A DNA stretch of 64,000 nt, from NCBI RefSeq assembly GCF_009914755.1, contig NC_060928.1; one strand, 5' to 3'. The DNA comes from the human T2T-CHM13v2.0 reference genome, Homo sapiens. A program made the position numbers and the translations under genes. Below are positions 38,153 to 50,595 of the stretch, one piece after another. The first letter of the stretch is position 1, and each line of letters begins with the position of its first letter. The notes beneath the pieces are model-generated. The model did not search any database and was not told the origin of the DNA. It saw only the letters and a program-made list of their open reading frames with translations.

Positions 38153-40609
38153 TGTGTGCGTGCGTGCGTGGCGTCCGTGTGCCCACTTCTGTCTATCTCT
38201 TACGTCTCTCTCTGTCTCTCCCCGCCCTCGCTCTTTCCGTTGCCCTCTCTTTCTATCTCTGTCCGTCTGTGTGTGCTTGTGCCTCGGGACACATGTGCCC
38301 CGTGTGCCGGAGGGTGGGTTTCTTGCAGGTCGGCCTTTCTTCTGGTCAGCCTCTTCCCGCGTCTCTGCCTCGGTCGTGTAGCCGGTTAGCAGTCGGTTTC
38401 CCGGCGGTTCCGGTTTGGGGGTCTGTGAGGGCCTGGGCAATGCCGGCATCTGCTTCGGAACCGCAGGGGTTTTCGTCCCCTCCCCATCCGGAGCAGCCTC
38501 TTTGCTAGGCTAGATCCAGACGACCGCTCCCCAAGCAAGGACAACGGCCTCCCAGGCGCTCATTGTCCACCCGCAGGAGGGTGCCCGCAGACCTTCAAGA
38601 GGATGGTTCTCACGCCTCTCGCCCTCTCCCTCATGGAGAAATGGAGCCACAGCTCGACGCAGGGACGGAGAAGGAAGCCGGCAAGGGGATGGGGCAAGCA
38701 TCTCTGTCACTCAAAGGCTGGCCTTCCTGGCCGAGTCACCCGTCTGACACTCCTCCCCGGATGCCCGTGGTGGTGGCATGGCCCCGTATCCTGCCTGGGC
38801 TCTGGCCTCTGCTCTGTCCTCCCTTTTGCTGTGTCTGCCCCGTCTCTGAGAAGCATGGCGGCTTCTTAGTCTGGCTCAACGTCTTCAACAAAGAAGACTT
38901 CCCAGTCCAGGGAGAAACCCCGTGGGCGTCCGTGTCATGATCGTTTCCCTCTCGACACCTCTTTCTGCATGATTGGGCAGGTGTGGTGATCCTGGAGCTC
39001 TGGGCTTCCATACCTGTGTGGGACAGGGAAGCTCTCTTGGTCTCCATGGCCCAAGTGATGGCTGCGCGCTGAGTCCAGGAAGAGGGGGAGGCAAGCCCAC
39101 CGTTCCCCACATTGGCCTTCCAGGAAAGGCGGTGTTGCATCCCACCTGCACTTCCTGTCTGATCCTTGAGGGCCAACCGGTCCCTCCGCTCCTGAGGAAA
39201 GCGCCTTCTGGCACTGAATCTTTTGGCTGCCACGGATGTCAGGGAGCCAACGGGACTGGGTTTTGGCTGGGTGCAGGGGAGGTTGCGTCAGGGGTACCTA
39301 AGCGGTAGCGGCGTGGGGGTGGGGTGTACTTGGTCCAAAGCTCTGGGCTCCTCTGGCGGGCCTCCCTGAATGTGGCCTGGACTCGCGCACTGGCCCTGTC
39401 TCGCAGGTTTGCAGGTGCGCTTGGCTTTTCCTCCGCTTTGTGGGGCAGGTCTCCAGTGGCCCCCGGGCGCACGCCTGGACATCACTGTCCGTCTCGTCGT
39501 CGCCCCCTACGGCCTCAAAGACACACGCTCACTGCATGTGCTCTTGGGGGACGTCAGTGCCACGTTTGGTCACACGGGCTCCAGCTCGGACTCGCCTCTG
39601 TCTGTCTTTGCCGGTGTCGCCGGAAGCTGCGTCGGGATGCCGGAGCCCCCGGGCTTTGGAGATGAAGGCAGGCCCCTGCTCCACCCAGGATGGAGGGAGG
39701 CAGTGGGCTCATGGGTCAGTGCCGTTGCAGACGACAGCACGCCTTGCGGCCCTGGGGATCTTTCCGTGCCCCGGCGAGACCCTTTCCGCCTCACTGCATT
39801 GTAACCCCATTCCCGATCAGCCGGTGGGAGCCATCATCGGATCCCAAGAGGAGTCCGCGCAGCCCAGCCAGCACCCCGAAGGTCCTCCTTCACCGGCAAC
39901 AGAAGCAGGAGACCGATCAAGGAGATCCTGACGACAGGACTCCTATGGGTCCGACCCTGGGTCTCCCGCAGGCCCCTCTGGTAGACCTCTTCCCACCCGC
40001 CGCCTCGGGCTGCGCCGCAGCCGCCGCCGCCGCAACCTCCAGCACCGCTGCCCCAGTCCCCGCAGCCGCCGCGTCGCCGCCATTTTTTAAAGGGTCCGCA
40101 GCCTGACTCTGCTGAGTAAGGAGGGGTGGGGCGGGTGAGTCGGCCTCGCCAGTGCGCATGCGCGAGGCCCCAGCCGCCGCTTTGGTCACAGTGACCGCCA
40201 CCGTTGCCCGGGGATGGGTCCCTGAGAATTGGTGAAGTAGGAGTCCTTTGTGATTGTGCGTCAGAGTCGGGGCTCAGACCAGTCATGGCCAGGGCAGTTA
40301 CCAGGACGGTCTCCGGAGGCCGGGATTCGCGGAGGGTCAACCAGGAGGAAGAAACGCCAGAAGGAAGAAACCTCAGACAGATCGCCGGGGACGCAGCACG
40401 GGATCCCAGCCTGAGGCCTGCGGCGACAGTGTGCGGGTGAGTCTCCCCAATAGTGGCGCCCTTGTGATGTGGAGGACAGGTCTACCAGGGTGTCCGTGGG
40501 CTGCTGTCTCACCGGTGGCTTCGTAGTCTCGGAGAGCAGAACCCGGCAGCTTCAGGGGCAGCCTGGGGGTGGGTGTTACCTGCTGTATGTCTGTGTGCGT
40601 CTTGGTTGT

Positions 40610-40648
<39 letters not shown>

Positions 40649-43083
40649 TGTGTGCGTGCGTGCGCGCGTCTGTGTGCCCACTTCTATCTCTTACGTCTCT
40701 CTCTCTCTCTCCCCGCCCCCGCTCTTTCCGTCGCCCTCTCTTTCTATCTCTGTCCGTCTGCGTGTGCTTGTGCCTCGGGACACATGTGCCCCGTGCGCCG
40801 GAGGGTGGGTTTCTTGCAGGTCGGCCTTTCTTCTGGTCAGCCTCTCCCCGCGTCACTGCCTGGGTCGTGTGGCCGGATGGCAGTCGGTTTCCCGGCGGTT
40901 CCGGTTTGGGGGTCTGTGAAGGCCTGCGCAACGCGGGCATCTGCGTCGGAACCGCAGGGGTTTTCGTCCCCTCCCCATCCGGAGCAGCCTCTTTGCTAGG
41001 CTAGATCCAGACGACCGCTCCACAAGCAAGGACAACGGCCTCCCAGGCGCTCATTGTCCACCCGCAGGAGGGTGCCCGCAGACCTTCAAGAGGATGGTTC
41101 TCACGCCTCTCGCCCTCTCCCTCATGGAGAAATGGAGCCACAGCTCGACGCAGGGACGGAGAAGGAAGCCGGCAAGGGGATGGGGCAAGCATCTCTGTCA
41201 CTCAAAGGCTGGCCTTCCTGGCCGAGTCACCCGTCTGACACTCCTCCCCGGATGCCCGTGGTGGTGGCATGGCCCCGTATCCTGCCTGGGCTCTGGCCTC
41301 TGCTCTGTCCTCCCTCTTGCTGTGTCTGCCCCGTCTCTGAGAAGCCTGGCGTCTTCTTAGTCTGGCTCAACGTCTTCAACAAAGAAGACTTCCCAGTCCA
41401 TCAGGGAGAAACCCCGTGGGCGTCCGTGTCGTGATCTTTTCCCTCTCCACACCACTTTCTGGATGATTGGGCAGGTGTGGTGATCCTGGAGCTCTGGGCT
41501 TCCATACCTGTGTGGGACAGGGAAGCTCTCTTGGTCTCCATGGCCCAATTGATGGCTGCGCGCTCGGTCCAGGAAGAGGGGGAGGCAAGCCCACCGTTCC
41601 CCACATTGGCCTTCCAGGAAAGGCGGTGTTGCAGCCCACCTGCACTTCCTGTCTGATCCTTGAGGGCCAACCGGTTCCTCCGCTCCTGGGGAAAGCGCCT
41701 TCTGGCACTGAATCTTTTGGCTGCCACGGATGTCAGGGAGCCAACGGGACTGGGTTTTGGCTGGGTGCAGGGGAGGTTGCGTCAGGGGTACCTAAGCGGT
41801 AGCGGCGTGGGGGTGGGGTGTACTTGGTCCAAAGCTCTCGGCTCCTCTGGCGGGCCTCCCTGAATGTGGCCTGGACTCGCGCACAGGCCCTGTCTCGCAG
41901 GTTTGCAGGTGCGCTTGGCTTTTCCTCCGCTTTGTGGGGCAGGTCTCCAGTGGCCCCCGGGCGCACGCCTGGACATCACTGTCCGTCTCGTCGTCGCCCC
42001 CTACGGCCTCAAAGACACACGCTCACTGCATGTGCTCTTGGGGGACGTCAGTGCCACGTTTGGTCACACGGGCTCCAGCTCGGACTCGCCTCTGTCTGCC
42101 TTTGCCGGTGTCGCCGGAAGCTGCGTCGGGATGCCGGAGCGCCCGGGCCTTGAAGATGAAGGCAGGCCCCTGCTCCACCCAGGAAGGAGGGAGGCAGTGG
42201 ACTTATGGGTCCGTGCCGTTGCAGACGACAGCACGCCTTGCGGCCCTGAGGATCTTTCCTTGCCCCGGCGAGACCCTTTCCGCCTCACTGCATTGTAACC
42301 CCATTCCCGATCAGCCGGTGGGAACCATCATCGGATCCCAAGAGGAGTCCGCGCAGCCCAGCCAGCACCCCGAAAGTCCTCCTTCACCGGGAACAGAAGC
42401 AGGAGACCGATCAAGGAGGTCCTGACGACAGGACTCCTATGGGTCCGACCCTGGGTCTCCCGCAGGCCCCTCTGGTAGACCTCTTCCCACCCGCCGCCTC
42501 GGGCTGCGCCGCAGCCGCCGCCGCCGCAACCTCCAGCACCGCCGCCCCAGTCCCCGCAGCCGCCGCGTCGCCGCCATTTTTTAAAGGGTCCGCAGCCTGA
42601 CTCTGCTGAGTAAGGAGGGGTGGGGCGGGTGAGTCGGCCTCGCCAGTGCGCATGCGCGAGGCCCCAGCCGCCGCTTTGGTCACAGTGACCGCCACCGTTG
42701 CCCGGGGATGGGTCCCTGAGACTTGGCGAAATAGGAGCCCTGTGTGATTGTGCGTCAGAGTCGGGGCTCAGACCAGTCCTGGCCAGGGCAGTTACCAGGA
42801 CGGTCTCCGGAGGCTGGGATTCGCGGAGGGTCCGCCAGGAGGAAGAAACCTCAGACAGTTCGCCGGGGACGCAGCGCGGGATCCCAGCCTCAGGCGTGCA
42901 CGGACGGTGTGCGTGTGAGTCTCCCCAAAAGTAGCGCCCTTGTGATGTGGAGGACAGGTCTGCCAGGGTGTCCGTGGGCTGCTGTCTCACCGGTGGCTTC
43001 GTAGTCGCGGAGAGCAGAACCCGTCAGCTTCAGGGGCAGCCTGGGGGTGGGTGTTACCTGCTGTATGTCTGTGTGCGTCTTGG

Positions 43084-43132
<49 letters not shown>

Positions 43133-44050
43133 TGTGTGCGTGCGTGCGTGGCGTCCGTGTGCCCACTTCTGTCTATCTCTTACGTCTCTCTCTGTCTCTC
43201 CCCGCCCTCGCTCTTTCCGTTGCCCTCTCTTTCTATCTCTGTCCGTCTGTGTGTGCTTGTGCCTCGGGACACATGTGCCCCGTGTGCCGGAGGGTGGGTT
43301 TCTTGCAGGTCGGCCTTTCTTCTGGTCAGCCTCTTCCCGCGTCTCTGCCTCGGTCGTGTAGCCGGTTAGCAGTCGGTTTCCCGGCGGTTCCGGTTTGGGG
43401 GTCTGTGAGGGCCTGGGCAATGCCGGCATCTGCTTCGGAACCGCAGGGGTTTTCGTCCCCTCCCCATCCGGAGCAGCCTCTTTGCTAGGCTAGATCCAGA
43501 CGACCGCTCCCCAAGCAAGGACAACGGCCTCCCAGGCGCTCATTGTCCACCCGCAGGAGGGTGCCCGCAGACCTTCAAGAGGATGGTTCTCACGCCTCTC
43601 GCCCTCTCCCTCATGGAGAAATGGAGCCACAGCTCGACGCAGGGACGGAGAAGGAAGCCGGCAAGGGGATGGGGCAAGCATCTCTGTCACTCAAAGGCTG
43701 GCCTTCCTGGCCGAGTCACCCGTCTGACACTCCTCCCCGGATGCCCGTGGTGGTGGCATGGCCCCGTATCCTGCCTGGGCTCTGGCCTCTGCTCTGTCCT
43801 CCCTTTTGCTGTGTCTGCCCCGTCTCTGAGAAGCATGGCGGCTTCTTAGTCTGGCTCAACGTCTTCAACAAAGAAGACTTCCCAGTCCAGGGAGAAACCC
43901 CGTGGGCGTCCGTGTCATGATCGTTTCCCTCTCGACACCTCTTTCTGCATGATTGGGCAGGTGTGGTGATCCTGGAGCTCTGGGCTTCCATACCTGTGTG
44001 GGACAGGGAAGCTCTCTTGGTCTCCATGGCCCAAGTGATGGCTGCGCGCT
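33140..44050. repeat. Two-monomer higher-order repeat, period 4,980 bp, about 2.2 apparently identical copies
   Basis: Lines at 33181, 38161 and 43141 read identically, and ORF coordinates are offset by exactly 4,980. The first difference I see is at 44,051 versus 39,071. Confidence 0.9.
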
Positions 44051-45589
44051 CAGTCCAGGAAGAGGGGGAGGCAAGCCCACCGTTCCCCACATTGGCCTTC
44101 CAGGAAAGGCGGTGTTGCATCCCACCTGCACTTCCTGTCTGATCCTTGAGGGCCAACCGGTCCCTCCGCTCCTGGGGAAAGCGCCTTCTGGCACTGAATC
44201 TTTTGGCTGCCACGGATGTCAGGGAGCCAACGGGACTGGGTTTTGGCTGGGTGCAGGGGAGGTTGCGTCAGGGGTACCTAAGCGGTAGCGGCGTGGGGGT
44301 GGGGTGTACTTGGTCCAAAGCTCTGGGCTCCTCTGGCGGGCCTCCCTGAATGTGGCCTGGACTCGCGCACTGGCCCTGTCTCGCAGGTTTGCAGGTGCGC
44401 TTGGCTTTTCCTCCGCTTTGTGGGGCAGGTCTCCAGTGGCCCCCGGGCGCACGCCTGGACATCACTGTCCGTCTCGTCGTCGCCCCCTACGGCCTCAAAG
44501 ACACACGCTCACTGCATGTGCTCTTGGGGGACGTCAGTGCCACGTTTGGTCACACGGGCTCCAGCTCGGACTCGCCTCTGTCTGTCTTTGCCGGTGTCGC
44601 CGGAAGCTGCGTTGGGATGCCGGAGCCCCCGGGCCTTGGAGATGAAGGCAGGCCCCTGCTCCACCCAGGAAGGAGGGAGGCAGTGGACTCATGGGTCAGT
44701 GCCGTTGCAGATGACAGCACGCCTTGCGGCCCTGGGGATCTTTCCTTGCCCCGGCGAGACCCTTTCCGCCTCACTGCATAGTGACCTCATTCCCGATCAG
44801 CCGGTGGGAGCCATCATCGGATCCCAAGAGGTGTCCGCGCAGCCCAACCAGCACCCCGAAGGTCCTCCTTCACCGGGAACAGAAGCAGGAGACCGATCAA
44901 GGAGGTCCTGACGACAGGACTCCTATGGGTCCGACCCTGGGTCTCCCGCAGGCCCCTCTGGTAGTCCTCTTCCCACCCGCCGCCTCGGGCTGCGCCGCAG
45001 CCGCCGCCGCCGCAACCTCCAGCACCGCCGCCCCAGTCCCCGCAGCCGCCGCGTCACCGCCATTTTTTAAAGGGTCCGCAGCCTGACTCTGCTGAGTAAG
45101 GAGGGGTGGGGCGGGTGAGTCGGCCTCGCCAGTGCGCATGCGCGAGGCTCCAGCCGCCGCTTTGGTCACAGTGACCGCCACCGTTGCCCGGGGATGGTTC
45201 CCTGAGACTTGGCGAAGTAGGAGCCCTGTGTGATCGTGCGTCAGAGTCGGGGCTCAGACCAGTCCTGGCCAGGGCAGTTACCAGGACGGTCTCCGGAGGC
45301 CGGGATTCGCGGAGGGTCAACCAGGAGGAAGAAACGCCAGAAGGAAGAAACCTCAGACAGATCGCCGGGGACGCAGCACGGGATCCCAGCCTCAGGCCTG
45401 CGGGGACGGTGTGCGGGTGAGTCTCCCCAATAGTGGCGCCCTTGTGATGTGGAGGACAGGTCTACCAGGGTGTCCGTGGGCTGCTGTCTCACCGGTGGCT
45501 TCGTAGTCTCGGAGAGCAGAACCCGGCAGCTTCAGGGGCAGCCTGGGGGTGGGTGTTACCTGCTGTATGTCTGTGTGCGTCTTGGTTGT

Positions 45590-45630
<41 letters not shown>

Positions 45631-48086
45631 TGTGTGCGTGCGTGCGCGCGTCTGTGTGCCCACTTCTATCTCTTACGTCTCTCTCTCTCTCTCCCCGCCC
45701 CCGCTCTTTCCGTCGCCCTCTCTTTCTATCTCTGTCCGTATGCGTGTGCTTGTGCCTCGGGACACATGTGCCCCGTGCGCCGGAGGGTGGGTTTCTTGCA
45801 GGTCGGCCTTTCTTCTGGTCAGCCTCTCCCCGCGTCACTGCCTGGGTCGTGTGGCCGGATGGCAGTCGGTTTCCCGGCGGTTCCGGTTTGGGGGTCTGTG
45901 AAGGCCTGCGCAACGCGGGCATCTGCGTCGGAACCGCAGGGGTTTTCGTCCCCTCCCCATCCGGAGCAGCCTCTTTGCTAGGCTAGATCCAGACGACCGC
46001 TCCACAAGCAAGGACAACGGCCTCCCAGGCGCTCATTGTTCAACCGCAGGAGGGTGCCCGCAGACCTTCAAGAAGATGGTTCTCACGCCTCTCGCCCTCT
46101 CCCTCATGGAGAAATGGAGCCACAGCTCGACGCAGGGACGGAGAAGGAAGCCGGCAAGGGGATGGGGCAAGCATCTCTGTCACTCAAAGGCTGGCCTTCC
46201 TGGCCGAGTCACCCGTCTGACACTCCTCCCCGGATGCCCGTGGTGGTGGCATGGCCGCGTATCCTGCCTGGACTCTGGCCTCTGCTCTGTCCTCCCTCTT
46301 GCTGTGTCTGCCCCGTCTCTGCGAAGCCTGGCGGCTTCTTAGTCTGGCTCAACGTCTTCAACAAAGAAGACTTCCCAGTCCATCAGGGAGAAACCCCGTG
46401 GGCGTCCGTGTCGTGATCGTTTCCCTCTCCACACCTCTTTCTGGATGATTGGGCAGGTGTGGTGATCCTGGAGCTCTGGGCTTCCATACCTGTGTGGGAC
46501 AGGGAAGCTCTCTTGGTCTCCATGGCCCAAGTGATGGCTGCGCGCTCGGTCCAGGAAGAGGGGGAGGCAAGCCCACCGTTCCCCACATTGGCCTTCCAGG
46601 AAAGGCGGTGTTGCAGCCCACCTGCACTTCCTGTCTGATCCTTGAGGGCCAACCGGTTCCTCCGCTCCTGGGGAAAGCGCCTTCTGGCACTGAATCTTTT
46701 GGCTGCCACGGATGTCAGGGAGCCAACGGGACTGGGTTTTGGCTGGGTGCAGGGGAGGTTGCGTCAGGGGTACCTAAGCGGTAGCGGCGTGGGGGTGGGG
46801 TGTACTTGGTCCAAAGCTCTGGGCTCCTCTGGCGGGCCTCCCTGAATGTGGCCTGGACTCGCGCACAGGCCCTGTCTCGCAGGTTTGCAGGTGCGCTTGG
46901 CTTTTCCTCCGCTTTGTGGGGCAGGTCTCCAGTGGCCCCCCGGGCGCACGCCTGGACATCACTGTCCGTCTCGTCGTCGCCCCCTACGGCCTCAAAGACA
47001 CACGCTCACTGCATGTGCTCTTGGGGGACGTCAGTGCCACGTTTGGTCACACGGGCTCCAGCTCGGACTCGCCTCTGTCTGCCTTTGCCGGTGTCGCCGG
47101 AAGCTGCGTCGGGATGCCGGAGCCCCCGGGCTTTGGAGATGAAGGCAGGCCCCTGCTCCACCCAGGATGGAGGGAGGCAGTGGGCTCATGGGTCAGTGCC
47201 GTTGCAGACGACAGCTCGCCTTGCGGCCCTGGGGATCTTTCCGTGCCCCGGCGAGACCCTTTCCGCCTCACTGCATTGTAACCCCATTCCCGATCAGCCG
47301 GTGGGAGCCATCATCGGATCCCAAGAGGAGTCCGCGCAGCCCAGCCAGCACCCCGAAGGTCCTCCTTCACCGGGAACAGAAGCAGGAGACCGATCAAGGA
47401 GGTCCTGACGACAGGACTCCTATGGGTCCGACCCTGGGTCTCCCGCAGGCCCCTCTGGTAGACCTCTTCCCACCCGCCGCCTCGGGCTGCGCCGCAGCCG
47501 CCGCCACCGCAACCTCCAGCACCGCCGCCCCAGTCCCCGCAGCCGCCGCGTCACCGCCATTTTTTAAAGGGTCCGCAGCCTGACTCTGCTGAGTAAGGAG
47601 GGGTGGGGCGGGTGAGTCGGCCTCGCCAGTGCGCATGCGCGAGGCCCCAGCCGCCGCTTTGGTCACAGTGACCGCCACCGTTGCCCGGGGATGGGTCCCT
47701 GAGAATTGGCGAAGTAGGAGCCCTTTGTGATTGTGCGTCAGAGTCGGGGCTCTGACCAGTCGTGGCCAGGGCAGTTACCAGGACGGTCTCCGGAGGCCGG
47801 GATTCGCGGAGGGTCAACCAGGAGGAAGAAACGCCAGAAGGAAGAAACCTCAGACAGATCGCCGGGGACGCAGCACGGGATCCCAGCCTGAGGCCTGCGG
47901 CGACGGTGTGCGGGTGAGTCTCCCCAATAGTGGCGCCCTTGTGACGTGGAGGACAGGTCTACCAGGGTGTCCGTGGGCTGCTGTCTCACCGGTGGCTTCG
48001 TAGTCTCGGAGAGCAGAACCCGGCAGCTTCAGGGGCAGCCTGGGGGTGGGTGTTACCTGCTGTATGTCTGTGTGCGTCTTGGTTGT

Positions 48087-48127
<41 letters not shown>

Positions 48128-50558
48128 TGTGTGCGTGCGTGCGCGCGTCTGTGTGCCCACTTCTATCTCTTACGTCTCTCTCTCTCCCCGCCCCCGCTCT
48201 TTCCGTCGCCCTCTCTTTCTATCTCTGTCCGTCTGTGTGTGCTTGTGCCTCGGGACACATGTGCCCCGTGCGCCGGAGGGTGGGTTTCTTGCAGGTCGGC
48301 CTTTCTTCTGGTCAGCCTCTCCCCGCGTCACTGCCTGGGTCGTGTGGCCGGATGGCAGTCGGTTTCCCGGCGGTTCCAGTTTGGGGGTCTGTGAGGGCCT
48401 GGGCAATGCCGGCATCTGCTTCGGAACCGCAGGGGTTTTCGTCCCCTCCCCATCCGGAGCAGCCTCTTTGCTAGGCTAGATCCAGACGACCGCTCCCCAA
48501 GCAAGGACAACGGCCTCCCAGGCGCTCATTGTCCACCCGCATGAGGGTGCCCGCAGACCTTCAAGAGGATGGTTCTCACGCCTCTCGCCCTCTCCCTCAT
48601 GGAGAAATGGAGCCACAGCTCGACGCAGGGACGGAGAAGGAAGCCGGCAAGGGGATGGGGCAAGCATCTCTGTCACTCAAAGGCTGGCCTTCCTGGCCGA
48701 GTCACCCGTCTGACACTCCTCCCCGGATGCCCGTGGTGGTGGCATGGCCCCGTATCCTGCCTGGGCTCTGGCCTCTGCTCTGTCCTCCCTCTTGCTGTGT
48801 CTGCCCCGTCTCTGAGAAGCCTGGCGGCTTCTTAGTCTGGCTCAACGTCTTCAACAAAGAAGACTTCCCAGTCCATCAGGGAGAAACCCCGTGGGCGTCC
48901 GTGTCGTGATCTTTTCCCTCTCCACACCACTTTCTGGATGATTGGGCAGGTGTGGTGATCCTGGAGCTCTGGGCTTCCATACCTGTGTGGGACAGGGAAG
49001 CTCTCTTGGTCTCCATGGCCCAAGTGATGGCTGCGCGCTCGGTCCAGGAAGAGGGGGAGGCAAGCCCACCGTTCCCCACATTGGCCTTCCAGGAAAGGCG
49101 GTGTTGCAGCCCACCTGCACTTCCTGTCTGATCCTTGAGGGCCAACCGGTTCCTCCGCTCCTGGGGAAAGCGCCTTCTGGCACTGAATCTTTTGGCTGCC
49201 ACGGATGTCAGGGAGCCAACGGGACTGGGTTTTGGCTGGGTGCAGGGGAGGTTGCGTCAGGGGTACCTAAGCGGTAGCGGCGTGGGGGTGGGGTGTACTT
49301 GGTCCAAAGCTCTCGGCTCCTCTGGCGGGCCTCCCTGAATGTGGCCTGGACTTGCGCACAGGCCCTGTCTCGCAGGTTTGCAGGTGCGCTTGGCTTTTCC
49401 TCCGCTTTGTGGGGCAGGTCTCCAGTGGCCCCCGGGCGCACGCCTGGACATCACTGTCCGTCTCGTCGTCGCCCCCTACGGCCTCAAAGACACACGCTCA
49501 CTGCATGTGCTCTTGGGGGACGTCAGTGCCACGTTTGGTCACACGGGCTCCAGCTCGGACTCGCCTCTGTCTGCCTTTGCCGGTGTCGCCGGAAGCTACG
49601 TCGGGATGCCGGAGCGCCCGGGCCTTGAAGATGAAGGCAGGCCCCTGCTCCACCCAGGAAGGAGGGAGGCAGTGGACTCATGGGTCCGTGCCGTTGCAGA
49701 CGACAGCACGCCTTGCGGCCCTGGGGATCTTTCCTTGCCCCGGCGAGACCCTTTCCGCCTCACTGCATTGTAACCCCATTCCCGATCAGCCGGTGGGAAC
49801 CATCATCCGATCCCAAGAGGAGTCCGCGCAGCCCAGCCAGCACCCCGAAAGTCCTCCTTCACCGGGAACAGAAGCAGGAGACCGATCAAGGAGGTCCTGA
49901 CGACAGGACTCCTATGCGTCCGACCCTGGGTCTCCCGCAGGCCCCTCTGGTAGACCTCTTCCCACCCGCCGCCTCGGGCTGCGCCGCAGCCGCCGCCGCC
50001 GCAACCTCCAGCACCGCCGCCCCAGTCCCCGCAGCCGCCGCGTCGCCGCCATTTTTTAAAGGGTCCGCAGCCTGACTCTGCTGAGTAAGGAGGGGTGGGG
50101 CGGGTGAGTCGGCCTCGCCAGTGCGCATGCGCGAGGCCCCAGCCGCCGCTTTGGTCACAGTGACCGCCACCGTTGCCCGGGGATGGGTCCCTGAGACTTG
50201 GCGAAATAGGAGCCCTGTGTGATTGTGCGTCAGAGTCGGGGCTCAGACCAGTCCTGGCCAGGGCAGTTACCAGGACGGTCTCCGGAGGCTGGGATTCGCG
50301 GAGGGTCCGCCAGGAGGAAGAAACCTCAGACAGTTCGCCGGGGACGCAGCGCGGGATCCCAGCCTCAGGCGTGCACGGACGATGTGCGGGTGAGTCTCCC
50401 CAAAAGTAGCGCCCTTGTGATGTGGAGGACAGGTCTGCCAGGGTGTCCGTGGGCTGCTGTCTCACCGGTGGCTTCGTAGTCGCGGAGAGCAGAACCCGGC
50501 AGCTTCAGGGGCAGCCTGGGGGTGGGTGTTACCTGCTGTATGTCTGTGTGCGTCTTGG

Positions 50559-50595
<37 letters not shown>

